The notes below the pieces were generated by a model. The model was not told the origin of the DNA, searched no databases, and saw only the letters and a list, made by a program, of their open reading frames with translations. Made by a program: the position numbers and the translations under genes. A stretch of DNA of 32,188 nucleotides from Stramenopiles sp. TOSAG23-3. Taxonomy: Eukaryota. The first letter of the stretch is position 1. Every line of letters begins with the position of its first letter. Below, one piece after another: positions 21,366 to 31,742 of this stretch. The stretch spans positions 1 to 32,188 of the forward strand of contig LT642218.1 of assembly GCA_900128585.1 (NCBI GenBank), read 5' to 3'.

Positions 21366-22506
21366 TTGTTCGACAGGCAAGGTTTCATATGGCTTCGGTT
21401 AAGTGTCTGTTTGTCCCGTTGGCGTTAATCTTAGGCTTTTATGACCTGGTACGGTTTCAGGTGGGCATTGGTGTATTATATTTATCTAATTTCAAAATTG
21501 AGTGATTTCAAGCGGTCTTCTTTCAATTTATTAGTTGTAGATTAATAAAGCCCTTGTGGTGTGTTGTTGTTATTGTTGTAGCAGAACTTTTTTTATTCTT
21601 CGTTTCTTCTTTCACTTTCTTCACTTTTCACTTTCCTTCTTTCTTCTTTTTTTTTTAATTATTATTATTATTTAATTACAATGCTGTTGGATGTTGGAAG
21701 AGTACTTGCTGCGAATGATGAAGAAGAGTAAAATTTAACGATATTTATATAGATAATCAATAAAGAAATATGTAATTATAATCTGTATGAATATTCATTT
21801 GTTTGTATAATATATAATAAATACATAACTAAGGTTTCTATCTAATATATATAATATAAACACAGCAGCATTATAGTTTCTAATCAACAAATTTTCGAAA
21901 TTTCTGGTCGGTTGCCGGTTGCGCGGCTCTTTCTATTTATTCTTCTTATTTTTTTTCTGCATTTTTCTACAATATTTACGAAGGTTACAGATATTATTTA
22001 ATGAACAATACAAAGGAATACAATTGGGAAAGGGAAAAAAAGGGAGGAGAGCTGGGCTGGGGCCTGCTGGGGCGGGGGTAATAAATAATCGCACGCGCAA
22101 CTGAGCACAGTTGTCGTATATGCTATTTTGATGCTAGAGGAAGATGATGATGACTTTATTTAACATAATATTATCGACGCGATGATATGATGATGACGTT
22201 GTTTTGTATCGAATAAAATGTTTGTTGTAACTTTATACAATACATATATACAGGCTATAACATATTTCAATTACCAACAACAAATATGAGGAACAGCGTC
22301 GGCCGGACCGAGGAGTTTTTTTAGAAGTCACCGGAGACGACGACCAACGAGAGAAAGAGAAAGCCGTCCGGACACGGACACTTCAACTTTACTTCAGTCC
22401 ACACACTGCTTCAAATGCATCGCACGCGTTCACTTACGGTGAAGATTCTAATTTACTCACTGAAAAAAGTCGCAGCTAGTATAACTTTACTTATCGACAA
22501 AAACCA

Positions 22507-24021
22507 ATGGCACGAGTTGTTAAAAGAAACGTCAAACGAGGTGTACCTAAACAGGACGATGCTGAGGAAGACCCTGCCCTAATTTGGAGGGAGGACTATG
22601 GTGTCTCCAAGAAGTGTGTGGTGCACCCGAAGATTCCTGCAAAACTGAAAGCAAAAGGTCTGCCAAAGTATACGATGGCACAAGTAGCAGAGCACAACAC
22701 GAAAGATGATTGTTGGATCATTCTAGACGATCGCGTCTATGACATAACAGACTTTATTGACCGTCACCCTGGTGGTGTTGGGCCCGTTGTCAACATGGCC
22801 GGGAAGGACGCCACTGACGTCTTTGCAAACTATCATGCGGCGCGCGTCTACAAGACCATGCTTTCTAAATTCATGGTTGGGGAAGTGACCGACGTAGTTG
22901 TTTACCCCCATGTTGCAGATTTTCGAGCGGCTCGGCAACAAATGCTTGAGGAGGGCCTTTTTGAAACCGATTATTCCTACTATTTGAAACTAGGCATATG
23001 GCTCGCATGCTGGTTTTTCGGTTCCATAGGTCTTTCCTTGGGTTACATCGGCGGAGGGAGCACTGTCATGCGAATGCTGGGCGCGGGAATGATGGGAATA
23101 TTCTGGCAGCAGCTGGCTGGACTAGGCCACGACCTTGGGCATTCTGGGGTCTCGCACAATTTTCATAAGGATCACTTGGTTGGTTCCATCCTCAGTTCCC
23201 TGATGGGGCTGTCCGTATGCTGGTGGAAGAGCGACCACAACACCCATCATATTGTATGCAACGCTGTAGAGCACGACCCAAACATACAGCACATGCCGAT
23301 GCTGGCGATCACAGAGAAGATATTCCGAAAACCTTTCTGGGACACTTACCACAAAAAGAAAGTAAGCATGGACTGGCTTGCCCGACTTTTAGTGAGCTAC
23401 CAACACATAGTATTTTACCCATTGATGGCTGTAGGACGATGGAACCTGTACGCCCAAGGTATTATTTACCTGGTGACAAACCACGATAAGGCCCACTACA
23501 AGTGGACGGAGCTTACCGGTATTTCCGTGTTTTTCGCATGGATGTTTTCCTTGGCGCTTTCAATGCCGACTGGGATGGAGAGTCTGGGATGGCTGCTTGT
23601 CTCTCACGCCGTTGCTGGAATTCTCCATGTACAAATTGTTCTTTCGCACTGGTCGATGGAAACCTACATGGGTACCCCGTACACCAATTTGGAGACGGAG
23701 TGGTACCTAATGCAGCTCCGCACAACCCTGAATGTTGATACGCCAGAATGGCTGGATTACTTGCACATTGGTTTGCAATTTCAAATTGAGCATCACCTAT
23801 TCCCTCGACTCCCAAGGCACAACCTTCGCAAAGCAAGGAAATTGGTAAAGGCAATCTGCCATAAGCACGACATCCACTACCATGAGCCAGGTTTTATTGC
23901 TGGCAACATAGAAATGTGGCATTCGCTCAAAGATGCTGCAATGGCTGCTCGGAAAACCACCAAAGCCGATGGGGGGTTTTACGAAAGCAGGCTATGGGCA
24001 GGTTTGAACGCAGAGGGTTGA
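22507..24021 (+). CDS. Cytochrome b5-fused front-end desaturase (sphingolipid delta-8 / delta-6-like)
   Basis: Cytochrome b5 motif HPGG; histidine boxes HDLGH, HNTHH and QIEHH; GLQFQIEHHLFPRLPRHNLR and CNAVEHDPNIQH resemble sphingolipid delta-8 desaturases. Regiospecificity cannot be proven from sequence. Confidence 0.88.
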   Translation: MARVVKRNVKRGVPKQDDAEEDPALIWREDYGVSKKCVVHPKIPAKLKAKGLPKYTMAQVAEHNTKDDCWIILDDRVYDITDFIDRHPGGVGPVVNMAGKDATDVFANYHAARVYKTMLSKFMVGEVTDVVVYPHVADFRAARQQMLEEGLFETDYSYYLKLGIWLACWFFGSIGLSLGYIGGGSTVMRMLGAGMMGIFWQQLAGLGHDLGHSGVSHNFHKDHLVGSILSSLMGLSVCWWKSDHNTHHIVCNAVEHDPNIQHMPMLAITEKIFRKPFWDTYHKKKVSMDWLARLLVSYQHIVFYPLMAVGRWNLYAQGIIYLVTNHDKAHYKWTELTGISVFFAWMFSLALSMPTGMESLGWLLVSHAVAGILHVQIVLSHWSMETYMGTPYTNLETEWYLMQLRTTLNVDTPEWLDYLHIGLQFQIEHHLFPRLPRHNLRKARKLVKAICHKHDIHYHEPGFIAGNIEMWHSLKDAAMAARKTTKADGGFYESRLWAGLNAEG

Positions 24022-24618
24022 TTGCACACGGATTAGTCCAAAACATCAAATATTTTTATTCTTGTGTAAAACCTAATAATAATTTTGTTTCTAATATGCT
24101 GTAAAAAGACGATAAGAAAAATCTTGGAAACCCCTACTCTAAAGTTATCTGCATCCCCACCCACCGTTTATTTTTATTTTTAATTTACACACATTTTAAT
24201 TTACACACAATAATTATTGTCCGGTTATAACAACAATACGAGAGACCAATATAGACAGGTGGTAGGCACACAAAGGAACACAACAGGGTATACAAACCGG
24301 CGTCAGTGATCGCATACTACACATTTTTTTTCTTATTGGATACTTCCTTTATTACTCTCCTCCTCCCTCCTCCTCCTTCTTCCTATTCTCTCCTCCTGCC
24401 TCCTGCCTCCTGCTGCCTCACCGATATTTTTTTTTTTATTATTATAAAATATAATAATAATAAATTAATATATATAATAATAATAATAAAAAAATATGCC
24501 AGAAGCACACATATTATTACATTATCAACATTGCTCGATAACATGAGTAACAACACTGTTTCGTAATTTATAATCAGACTGATGTTCATATTTTGAATTT
24601 TCAAGCATCTAATAATTC

Positions 24619-26541
24619 ATGGGCATACCTATCGCGTGGACACCCAGTATGAACGTCTTTTTCTGCCTGCTTGTAATCGCAGGCAGATTACCCGTGGGTG
24701 GGTCGTCTATATCTTTTCGCTCGCGCCCAGAGTCGTGGGATTGGTTGGGATTGAAGCCTTGCCCTTCGAAAAACTCATCACTGGTATCCCCTCCGTCCAA
24801 ATGTTCGAATGTGCAAACGCCCAATGATGGCGTATACTACTCTATAGAACGATTTTCGGAAAGTAAACTTTCTTATGCTACTGCTGTCGCAGCGACCGGT
24901 ATATCAAAAACTACCACAGCAGTTATTGGACTGATTGGGAAAGATGATGAGATTTACTTGATCCATTTAAACATTGTTGACCCTGCCAACGGGAACAGTA
25001 AAAGCAAAATAGTGTACAGATCGCTGAATCGAGAGTCGCTTCGCCGTGAAAACGTGCATGAGGCTGACGTTCCATCATTTCTTTTAGAGCGGGAAAATCT
25101 CGTTGGCGATGGGACTTTACGTTTCTGGGTATCATTGCATTCAAATATTATTCATGTTGGTTTAGGACATAGCGTTGGGATGGAATCTAGCATTAGGATG
25201 CGCTTCACTCACCGTGGTATCGGTCAAAATGTCGAATCCTCCGCTGTCGAATCATTTCGCATCTCTCGAGTGTCAATCATGTCCACAGGGGCATCGATTA
25301 AGTGGTCGCTTTGCACGGTAGAGTATCGCATCAATATACAAAATTATTTAGAAAGTGCTGATGACACACCCACCCTATTTCGTTTATCGGAGAAGGGTTT
25401 AGAAGAGCGGCATCGCGCATTGTCTCGCGGGGAAAATATTTTATGGGGAAACCCTGGTGATGCGTGGCGTGTACGCTCTGGGGAAAAGCGACGCTTGATT
25501 TCTCAGTTCGTCACACTCCCAAGCAGTGGCGGTGCACTTCAATTGTATTCAATACATGAATGCCTGACCTTACCGGCTGACCAATTCGAATTGGTAATGA
25601 AATTTGGCTGTAAGCGTGGTAGATTTGAATTTCGTCGAGGGAAAGTAACAGATACCACGATGCGATACGGGCAGTCTGTAGAGACAAAACTAAATATTAC
25701 GTTAGAGCAAGCATACTTTGGGCACACGTTTCCAGCCGAATATACAAGGACCTCGTTTTGCCCTCACTGCCACGGTACAGGTGGAGTAAATAAGTCTTCA
25801 CTAGAGGTATGCAGTGTCTGTGGAGGAAAAGGTTCTGTCGTACACAGGGATCAGCTCCAACAACATTCCCACCAATGCAGTTCTCATTCCCACTCGAAGC
25901 AGGGGTTTCATTCTGAAACATCGACGCTAGTATTTGAGCAGCATCAACATCTTTCATGCGACCGCTGTCAAGGACGCGGGGAAGTTGTCAAGCCAGGGGG
26001 CGCCTGCACCGTCTGCCACGGTTCGGGGGTTGTAACAGAAACAAAAGAAACTCAAATTTTGCTCCCACGTGGCACACCTAATGAATATAAAATAGTACTG
26101 GATGGAGAAGGTCATGAAAACCACAACTTGAAACCTGGTAATTTGGTTCTTGTGGTAACAGTATTAAACCACAGACAGTTTGTGCGCGTCAAAAATGATC
26201 TTGAACTTGCGATTAACATGACTATCAAAGAGGCCCTGAACGGTTTCCAGCGAACGCTGAGGCACTTGAATGGGTCCGAAGCAATCATGGTGCGTAAAGG
26301 AATCTCAGCACCTGGGCTTCGTTTGCGTGTTGTTGGCGCTGGGATGCCTATCGTTAACAAAATAGATAAGTTTGGAGACTTGGTTCTTTTGCTTTCGATT
26401 CAGTTGCCAGAATCGATACTGAAACATAAATTAAATGTGTTTGGTGAAGTCATGACGGGTAACCCTCAGGAAAAAAGGGTCATACCGCATGAAACTTCAA
26501 ATCCAACCGCCCAAACAGTTTTTACTTGGGTTGGCAATTAG
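24619..26541 (+). CDS. DnaJ class A derivative (zinc finger + C-terminal domains) lacking an HPD J-domain, with N-terminal signal-like peptide and a putative Methyltransf_FA-like domain
   Basis: Four CxxCxGxG motifs (CPHCHGTG, CSVCGGKG, CDRCQGRG, CTVCHGSG). DnaJ_C motifs ITLEQAYFG, PGNLVLVV, HRQFVRVKNDL, EALNGF, GAGMP, GDLVL. No HPD anywhere in the ORF. Confidence 0.8.
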   Translation: MGIPIAWTPSMNVFFCLLVIAGRLPVGGSSISFRSRPESWDWLGLKPCPSKNSSLVSPPSKCSNVQTPNDGVYYSIERFSESKLSYATAVAATGISKTTTAVIGLIGKDDEIYLIHLNIVDPANGNSKSKIVYRSLNRESLRRENVHEADVPSFLLERENLVGDGTLRFWVSLHSNIIHVGLGHSVGMESSIRMRFTHRGIGQNVESSAVESFRISRVSIMSTGASIKWSLCTVEYRINIQNYLESADDTPTLFRLSEKGLEERHRALSRGENILWGNPGDAWRVRSGEKRRLISQFVTLPSSGGALQLYSIHECLTLPADQFELVMKFGCKRGRFEFRRGKVTDTTMRYGQSVETKLNITLEQAYFGHTFPAEYTRTSFCPHCHGTGGVNKSSLEVCSVCGGKGSVVHRDQLQQHSHQCSSHSHSKQGFHSETSTLVFEQHQHLSCDRCQGRGEVVKPGGACTVCHGSGVVTETKETQILLPRGTPNEYKIVLDGEGHENHNLKPGNLVLVVTVLNHRQFVRVKNDLELAINMTIKEALNGFQRTLRHLNGSEAIMVRKGISAPGLRLRVVGAGMPIVNKIDKFGDLVLLLSIQLPESILKHKLNVFGEVMTGNPQEKRVIPHETSNPTAQTVFTWVGN

Positions 26542-26655
26542 GATTTAGATGTTTTGGCCCTTTTACAACCCAAGTGTTTTGGGTGAAGCCCCAGAGAAGT
26601 TTAAATTCACTGGGCCTTTGCTAAACGCACAACGGGCTGTAATGGGTATTACGGA

Positions 26656-27004
26656 GAGATTTAATTAAAAAAAACAAGAAAATTGGCTGTTAGTTAAGTA
26701 ATTAAAATTAATGTACTGCGAACTGAAATCTAGATATAGACAATTCTAGGTTTGCATTCCGTCATAAACTGCGAACTAAGCTATCATTCTCAGATGTACT
26801 CCATTGATGATCTGAATCAGTTGATGGATTAACACTGCTTTCAAATGAATGAGATTTAATTAAAAACAAGAAAATTGGCTGTTATTTAAGATTTAATTAA
26901 AACTTTATAGTAGTACCAAGGTATATATGCATAATACTAAAAACAAGAAAATTGGCTGTTATTTTTTATAAGTATAATTAAATTTAGCGTCCTCATACCC
27001 TAAT
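26656..27004. repeat. 3'-flank repeat cluster 2: three copies of AAAACAAGAAAATTGGCTGTTA with rearranged sub-blocks
   Basis: Exact copies at 26671-26692, 26863-26884 and 26940-26961. ACTGCGAACT occurs twice, and GAGATTTAATTAAAA precedes two copies. Confidence 0.9.
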
Positions 27005-27129
27005 CCTAACTTGGTTCTGTAGTTTTGTTTCATTATTCGTTGTCAATCACAGAGGGGATGATATATCTACTCTTAATAAATGTTTTGTTGGGTAAAACAA
27101 ATTTATTTTTCAGAGCGTCACACACAAAA

Positions 27130-29020
27130 TCATACCAACGAGGATCCTCGACGGGCGTTTTTGCCCTTCTTCTTGTTTTTCTTTTTTTTCTTTCCAGAGT
27201 TCCCATTAGACGCCTCTTCATCTTCCAACCTGCCAGATACGTTGTCCTCGACAGCTGTTGACGATTTGCCTCCTGCAGATGCACCTTCGTGGGTTTGGAA
27301 ATACGACAGAAAGTTCTCCCACTCAATTTCTCGATGGCCATCTTTATCCATACTTTGAAACACAACTTCAAATTTATCGCGTGTGACACCTTCGTGAACA
27401 TGCTGGGCTAAATCAAACTGTTTTGCAACGTCCTTACTTTCACGCAAGGCAATTAGGAACTCAATTGGTGTCAACGAACCATCATGGTTTTTGTCCATTA
27501 TGTCGAACAAGCGTTTGATAGATGCATCTCTACTGCTATGGTATAAATCAGTGGCTACGTCAGCAAATCATAGATTCGGGGTGGTGATGAAAGATATTTG
27601 ATGATAAGACTTACCTTGAATTGCCCGGCGACGAAGCAGGGCTGCCATTCTGAGCACTTACCTCTATTGCTTCGCCCAAGTTAGTTGGTACAAGCGCGGA
27701 GGTTCCGTGCGATGATCCTGGTGATTTCTTTGCTTTTGGGCTCACAATATTTTTGGAATGACTGGATGAAGATTCCACCATCGGGGAAGTATCCGAACTA
27801 GCTGCTTGCGGTGAATTGGGGCGGGGGAAACGAGGCTTGGGGGACACCGGCACAACCGATTTTCGACGCTGCATTGTCCCTGGGGGTGCTTTGCTCACTT
27901 GGGACGGTGAAAACGTACACTCCCGTAAACCCTGATCTTCCAACCTAGAATTCGCAAGGGACTTGTAATCTGGCGCGGCAAGCCTCTTTTTTGTTTTTGC
28001 AACGCCAGATTCGTACAACCGGTTGAAAAACTTTAGCTGCTCTCCTTCGCTGGTTACGACCTTGCTTTTGATGGGACCAATATTTTTCTCCTCCTCCTCA
28101 GTCTTCTTCCTTCGTTCCAACATTGCCACGCCTTGATTGTACAGCCTTTCGCTCGCCGGCGTTGTGTCCTCCACTGCAGCATCACTCTGTTCTTTCTTCT
28201 GCTTCCCAGACGATGGCTTCGATATGGCCGGGGAAAAGGTGCACTCTGCCATCGTGTTGTCCACCAGGGCCTTTCTCTTTTCATCCAACTTTTTTTCATT
28301 CGCTTTGGCGTCGGAATATAGTCGTGCATAGACGCCCGACACGCTATTTTTTTGGGCCATCTTTTCCGATTTTGTATCCAAAACGGGCGAAAAAGTACAG
28401 TCTCTTACTTCGTTCTCCATTTTGCGTTGCTCCAATTGCATTTGTTTCTTTTTCAAACTATCTGGGTCATACAGTCTATTCCGAGATTTTGCGACTTTCT
28501 TATTTAACTTAGGGGTAAACGTACAACCCCGAAGACCCTCCATTTTCTCTCGTTCTTTTTTTCGGCGTTGGGACGCAGTGGCCTGGCTAAACAGGCGCTC
28601 CCCGGGTGAGCCCTTGATTTTCGATTTGTACCGGCTTCCCTTCGTAGAAAGCTTCGGTTGAAACGTGCAGTTCCGTGGCCTCGCGGCTATGGTTGCCTTT
28701 TTCTTCTTTTGGGACATTGTCGCTTGAATATGCAGCCGTTCAAACCTGTTGGTTGCCCTCGACAACGTCGTTGCTCCGTCGCTATCGTCAGTGGACCCTT
28801 TCCCACGGCGCTTCTTCAAAGGCTTGGTGAATTTCTCCGGCCGAAACGTCAACCCTGTCTGCGACTTTTGCTTTCGTCGCGTTTCCATCCTCTCTTTGCG
28901 GAGTTTTGCATCGTCGTACAGAGAGTGCAACCGTGCCATGTTTGCGGTCTTCTTCGGTTTTGAAGCCGAAACGCCCCCGCCGCCGCCCTGCTCCGCTTGC
29001 TGAACCGCCAAGGACGCCAT
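27130..29020 (-). CDS. Two-exon gene (29020-27615, 27535-27130): basic RLY/CTFxP-repeat protein with C-terminal EF-hand pair and polybasic tail
   Basis: The apparent TAA stop at 27611 lies inside an AG|GTAAGT donor. Splicing to CATAG at 27536 gives in-frame ...GNSSSRDASIKRLFDIMDKNHDG. Exon 1 has about six RL(Y/H/F)...(C/L)TFxP units. Confidence 0.8.
27215..27530 (-). repeat. EF-hand module copy B (duplicate of 18406-18721)
   Basis: About 93% identical to copy A. Retains the canonical first loop DKNHDGSLTPIE. Confidence 0.95.
27536..27614 (-). other. 79 nt phase-2 spliceosomal intron
   Basis: GTAAGT donor (27614-27609), branch-like GCTGAC/ACTGAT, acceptor TAG followed by in-phase CAG and TAG. 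Removal joins two adjacent same-strand ORFs in frame. Confidence 0.8.
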
Positions 29021-29597
29021 TGTACCGAGGAAACTCTTCGACTTGACTAATCCACAATATTATATCCAATGGGTTGGCGGTAACAAAATAGTTAAGCTAT
29101 TTGGGAAGAAATGGAAAGTATCGCGTATTCTTTATCCCTTTTTAGTTTGAAAAGGTCGTTGTACACATTAACTTGTGAACAATGTGTCGTTATCCTAATG
29201 GATGCAAAGAAGAATGTTGTTGTGTTGCACTTTTGTTGTTGGTGGTGGTAGATGACTTACTTACTACTACCAGGTAATAGTTCGCCTATATTTTTTTAAT
29301 ATAATATATTACCTTTTTTTATACCTTCTTCCTTCCTCTACCAGGTTATAAATAGGGCCGCCCGTCAAGTTAAAAATAAAAAAAGTACTAACGTCTTCAT
29401 TCTTCATCCAAGTATTAATAATAATAATAATAATAGTATTATCAAATAAAATATATATATGTAATATTAATACAAATGGTTCGTATACTTTATATTATAT
29501 TACCTATATGATATGGATGGTGTTGATATGTACAAAACAAATCTGAAAACTAATTAATCAGCAGATGGGCAAGGGAACTTTGCAATCTACCAGCCTG

Positions 29598-31742
29598 CTA
29601 CTGCTGAATTTCATAATAGCGCCCGGTGGAAGGGTCAAAGTAACACGCCAAGACACTATCGTATATTAACTCAACGGAGTGGTCTTTCTTTTCGGTTTCG
29701 CATGGGACGTGCTCGGCTGCCTCCACGTCATCACCGTCTTCCACATCGACTTCATTGTCGTCAGCAGCGTCTGCTTCCCCCTGCAGGGCTTCTTCTTCGT
29801 CCCCAAACTCCTCTAAATAAGCTTCCTCTAGCTCCATCAATTTCCTGCGCTTTTCATCCAACAAAAGCTGTTTCGCCACCAGCTCGTCGTTTTCAGGGAC
29901 GGCGTCCTGCTGGGAATCAACCTCCTCGTGGTCGACAGAACCGAGCTCGACATCAACATCGTCCAGGACCCCTTCGTGCCGTTCGATATTGGCCAGGGGC
30001 ATATCCAATTCGTCATTTCCGACGATTGTCGAAAGTACCAGTTCATCGTCATCGTCGTACATGGAATCCCCTGAATCATATTGCTTTATCGACTCCAAGT
30101 CCTCTACTGCCATGTCATTCTGCGGTACGGCTTCGCCCTCAAACGATAGTGCGGATTCGTCTAGGTTTTGGGAAAGTTGCTCCGAACTCTGCCTTACAAA
30201 AAGTGCCGCCTCATCTTCTTCCCGGTTTTCACGGGAGTCGGTATTTGCCATTGTTATGTTGTCGTCTTCCTCATACAGCGATACGTGCTGGCGCAAGGAT
30301 CGCAGGGACGTACCATCAACGAATGGCTGATCGTTCTCTAGTCTAGGATCGCCTCCATCGTCCGAAAATCCTTCCGATTCGGACATCGCCCCCTGGGCCT
30401 TTTCTTCCGGGTGAAATGCGACAGCCGAAGTGGCACCGAAATACTCAATGTCGTTTTCATCCTGCTGGCCACCCAATCGGCAACCCGATTCAAAAGATTC
30501 TTCAAGGGTTTGTGCCTTCTGCGGGGAACCCGGTGGCGTGGCAACCACTTCCAGTGCTTGAGACATGGGCGTGCGTTTTGGCGCGGGCGTTAGGTGCGGC
30601 GTGGTCGGGGTCATCGAGGGGCTCGTGACCGGGTATGCAACACGTGGAAGAGAGGGACTCGTCCCGCTCGTCCGTGTATTTTTCGGCTTGCGCAACATCG
30701 GGGCCGGAACTTTGTTCATGTACTTTTCTTGAAAATTGTTTGGCATTATTTTCATCGCGCGCAGGGGGGAAGGCACTTGCTTCCATGCAGACTTGACCGG
30801 GCGGGGCGGGGTGGTGGAGCCACCAGGGGTCGGCGCCGCGTGGCGTTGTCGAGGCTCCGGGGTGTATCGCGTTCCGAACGCAAGAGATGGGGATGGCATA
30901 ATTTTCTTCATCGGGGTTCTGTTGGGGTTGGAGCGAACGGACGTAGGCGTACCGTGGTGTCCAGGAGATTGCCGCCGATCAGGCTGCTGCGCAGGCGAAC
31001 GGCCAACTCGGGGCCGTCGCGCGGAAGTTGGAACCTTTTCATCGAACCTCAAATCATTGTTTTCCGCGATGTACGCCATGTCCAGCGATGGCTCTATCGG
31101 CCGATGGCTTTCGAGCACGGAGGCGTTGTACAACCAATAAAGGCAGTTGACACCACTTGCAAAAGCCAACGGTGTCGGTATTCCTGCCAGGCCATGGGGG
31201 TTTGTGCGGACCGTAAATATATTTCGCAATTTGCACACCGAGTGCACGGTAATATTATCGCAAACTCTGAAGGAGCTGCCGCCGGTATCATCTTCAAAGC
31301 ACTCGTTCGTGATGCTCAGCATGTCGACCACTAGATTGGTCCACTTTCCCCTCTCTAACCCGTGCAGGGGAATTTGCGCGTGCAGCTCCCCGTACAACTC
31401 TTCCTTAAACGCGGTCGAAAACACGAGGCGTCTTCGCGTGAGCTTGTCATCCGATATGATGATTTCTGTCGTAAACGGGCGGCCTCTGGGAACAAAGATC
31501 TGCATGACCAAGAACGGGCGGGACGGCGTAAGTCCCAAACTGGCGTTTTTTTTCTTTGGCAGGAGGACAGAGGTGGACCGCCCGCCAGAGAGTGTCAGCA
31601 CGTATCCTTTCGCGGACCGGTCGTAAACCCTGGTGACGGCACCTTTGGCACAACAGCGGTCCAGGGGTCGACTCCCGGAGGACTTGAAGACCACCTCGAA
31701 GGGTTTCTTGGCACTTGTGCCTACCATTTGTGGAGCATACAT
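29598..31742 (-). CDS. CFAP20DC: CFAP20 domain-containing protein (C3orf67-like)
   Basis: N-terminal CFAP20/DUF667-like domain (FLVMQIFVP, RRRLVFST, HAQIPL, KWTNLVVD, CKLRNIFT), a Pro-rich then acidic linker, and the terminal motif LIYDSVLACYFDPSTGRYYEI typical of CFAP20DC. Confidence 0.82.
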   Translation of the reverse strand: MYAPQMVGTSAKKPFEVVFKSSGSRPLDRCCAKGAVTRVYDRSAKGYVLTLSGGRSTSVLLPKKKNASLGLTPSRPFLVMQIFVPRGRPFTTEIIISDDKLTRRRLVFSTAFKEELYGELHAQIPLHGLERGKWTNLVVDMLSITNECFEDDTGGSSFRVCDNITVHSVCKLRNIFTVRTNPHGLAGIPTPLAFASGVNCLYWLYNASVLESHRPIEPSLDMAYIAENNDLRFDEKVPTSARRPRVGRSPAQQPDRRQSPGHHGTPTSVRSNPNRTPMKKIMPSPSLAFGTRYTPEPRQRHAAPTPGGSTTPPRPVKSAWKQVPSPLRAMKIMPNNFQEKYMNKVPAPMLRKPKNTRTSGTSPSLPRVAYPVTSPSMTPTTPHLTPAPKRTPMSQALEVVATPPGSPQKAQTLEESFESGCRLGGQQDENDIEYFGATSAVAFHPEEKAQGAMSESEGFSDDGGDPRLENDQPFVDGTSLRSLRQHVSLYEEDDNITMANTDSRENREEDEAALFVRQSSEQLSQNLDESALSFEGEAVPQNDMAVEDLESIKQYDSGDSMYDDDDELVLSTIVGNDELDMPLANIERHEGVLDDVDVELGSVDHEEVDSQQDAVPENDELVAKQLLLDEKRRKLMELEEAYLEEFGDEEEALQGEADAADDNEVDVEDGDDVEAAEHVPCETEKKDHSVELIYDSVLACYFDPSTGRYYEIQQ

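Noticed and set aside
24178-24420. 16 bp tandem repeat (TTTTAATTTACACACA x2) and CCT-rich pyrimidine tract
   Set aside because: Ordinary slippage and simple-sequence features with no evidence of function.
26656-27004. CRISPR-like array from the 22 bp direct repeats
   Set aside because: Spacers are 4, 170 and 55 nt and share homology with each other; there are no cas genes and the context is eukaryotic.
26998-27010. Telomere-like CCCTAATCCTAAC
   Set aside because: Only two degenerate units, explained as part of repeat block B.
27130-27510. Stand-alone truncated pseudogene of the 1000-aa gene
   Set aside because: Better explained as exon 2 of the upstream ORF through a canonical in-frame intron; it also has the more canonical EF-hand.
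29702-31334. Long + strand ORFs (214 and 246 aa) and other antisense or shifted-frame ORFs across the window
   Set aside because: Shadows of GC-rich real genes with no recognisable domains.
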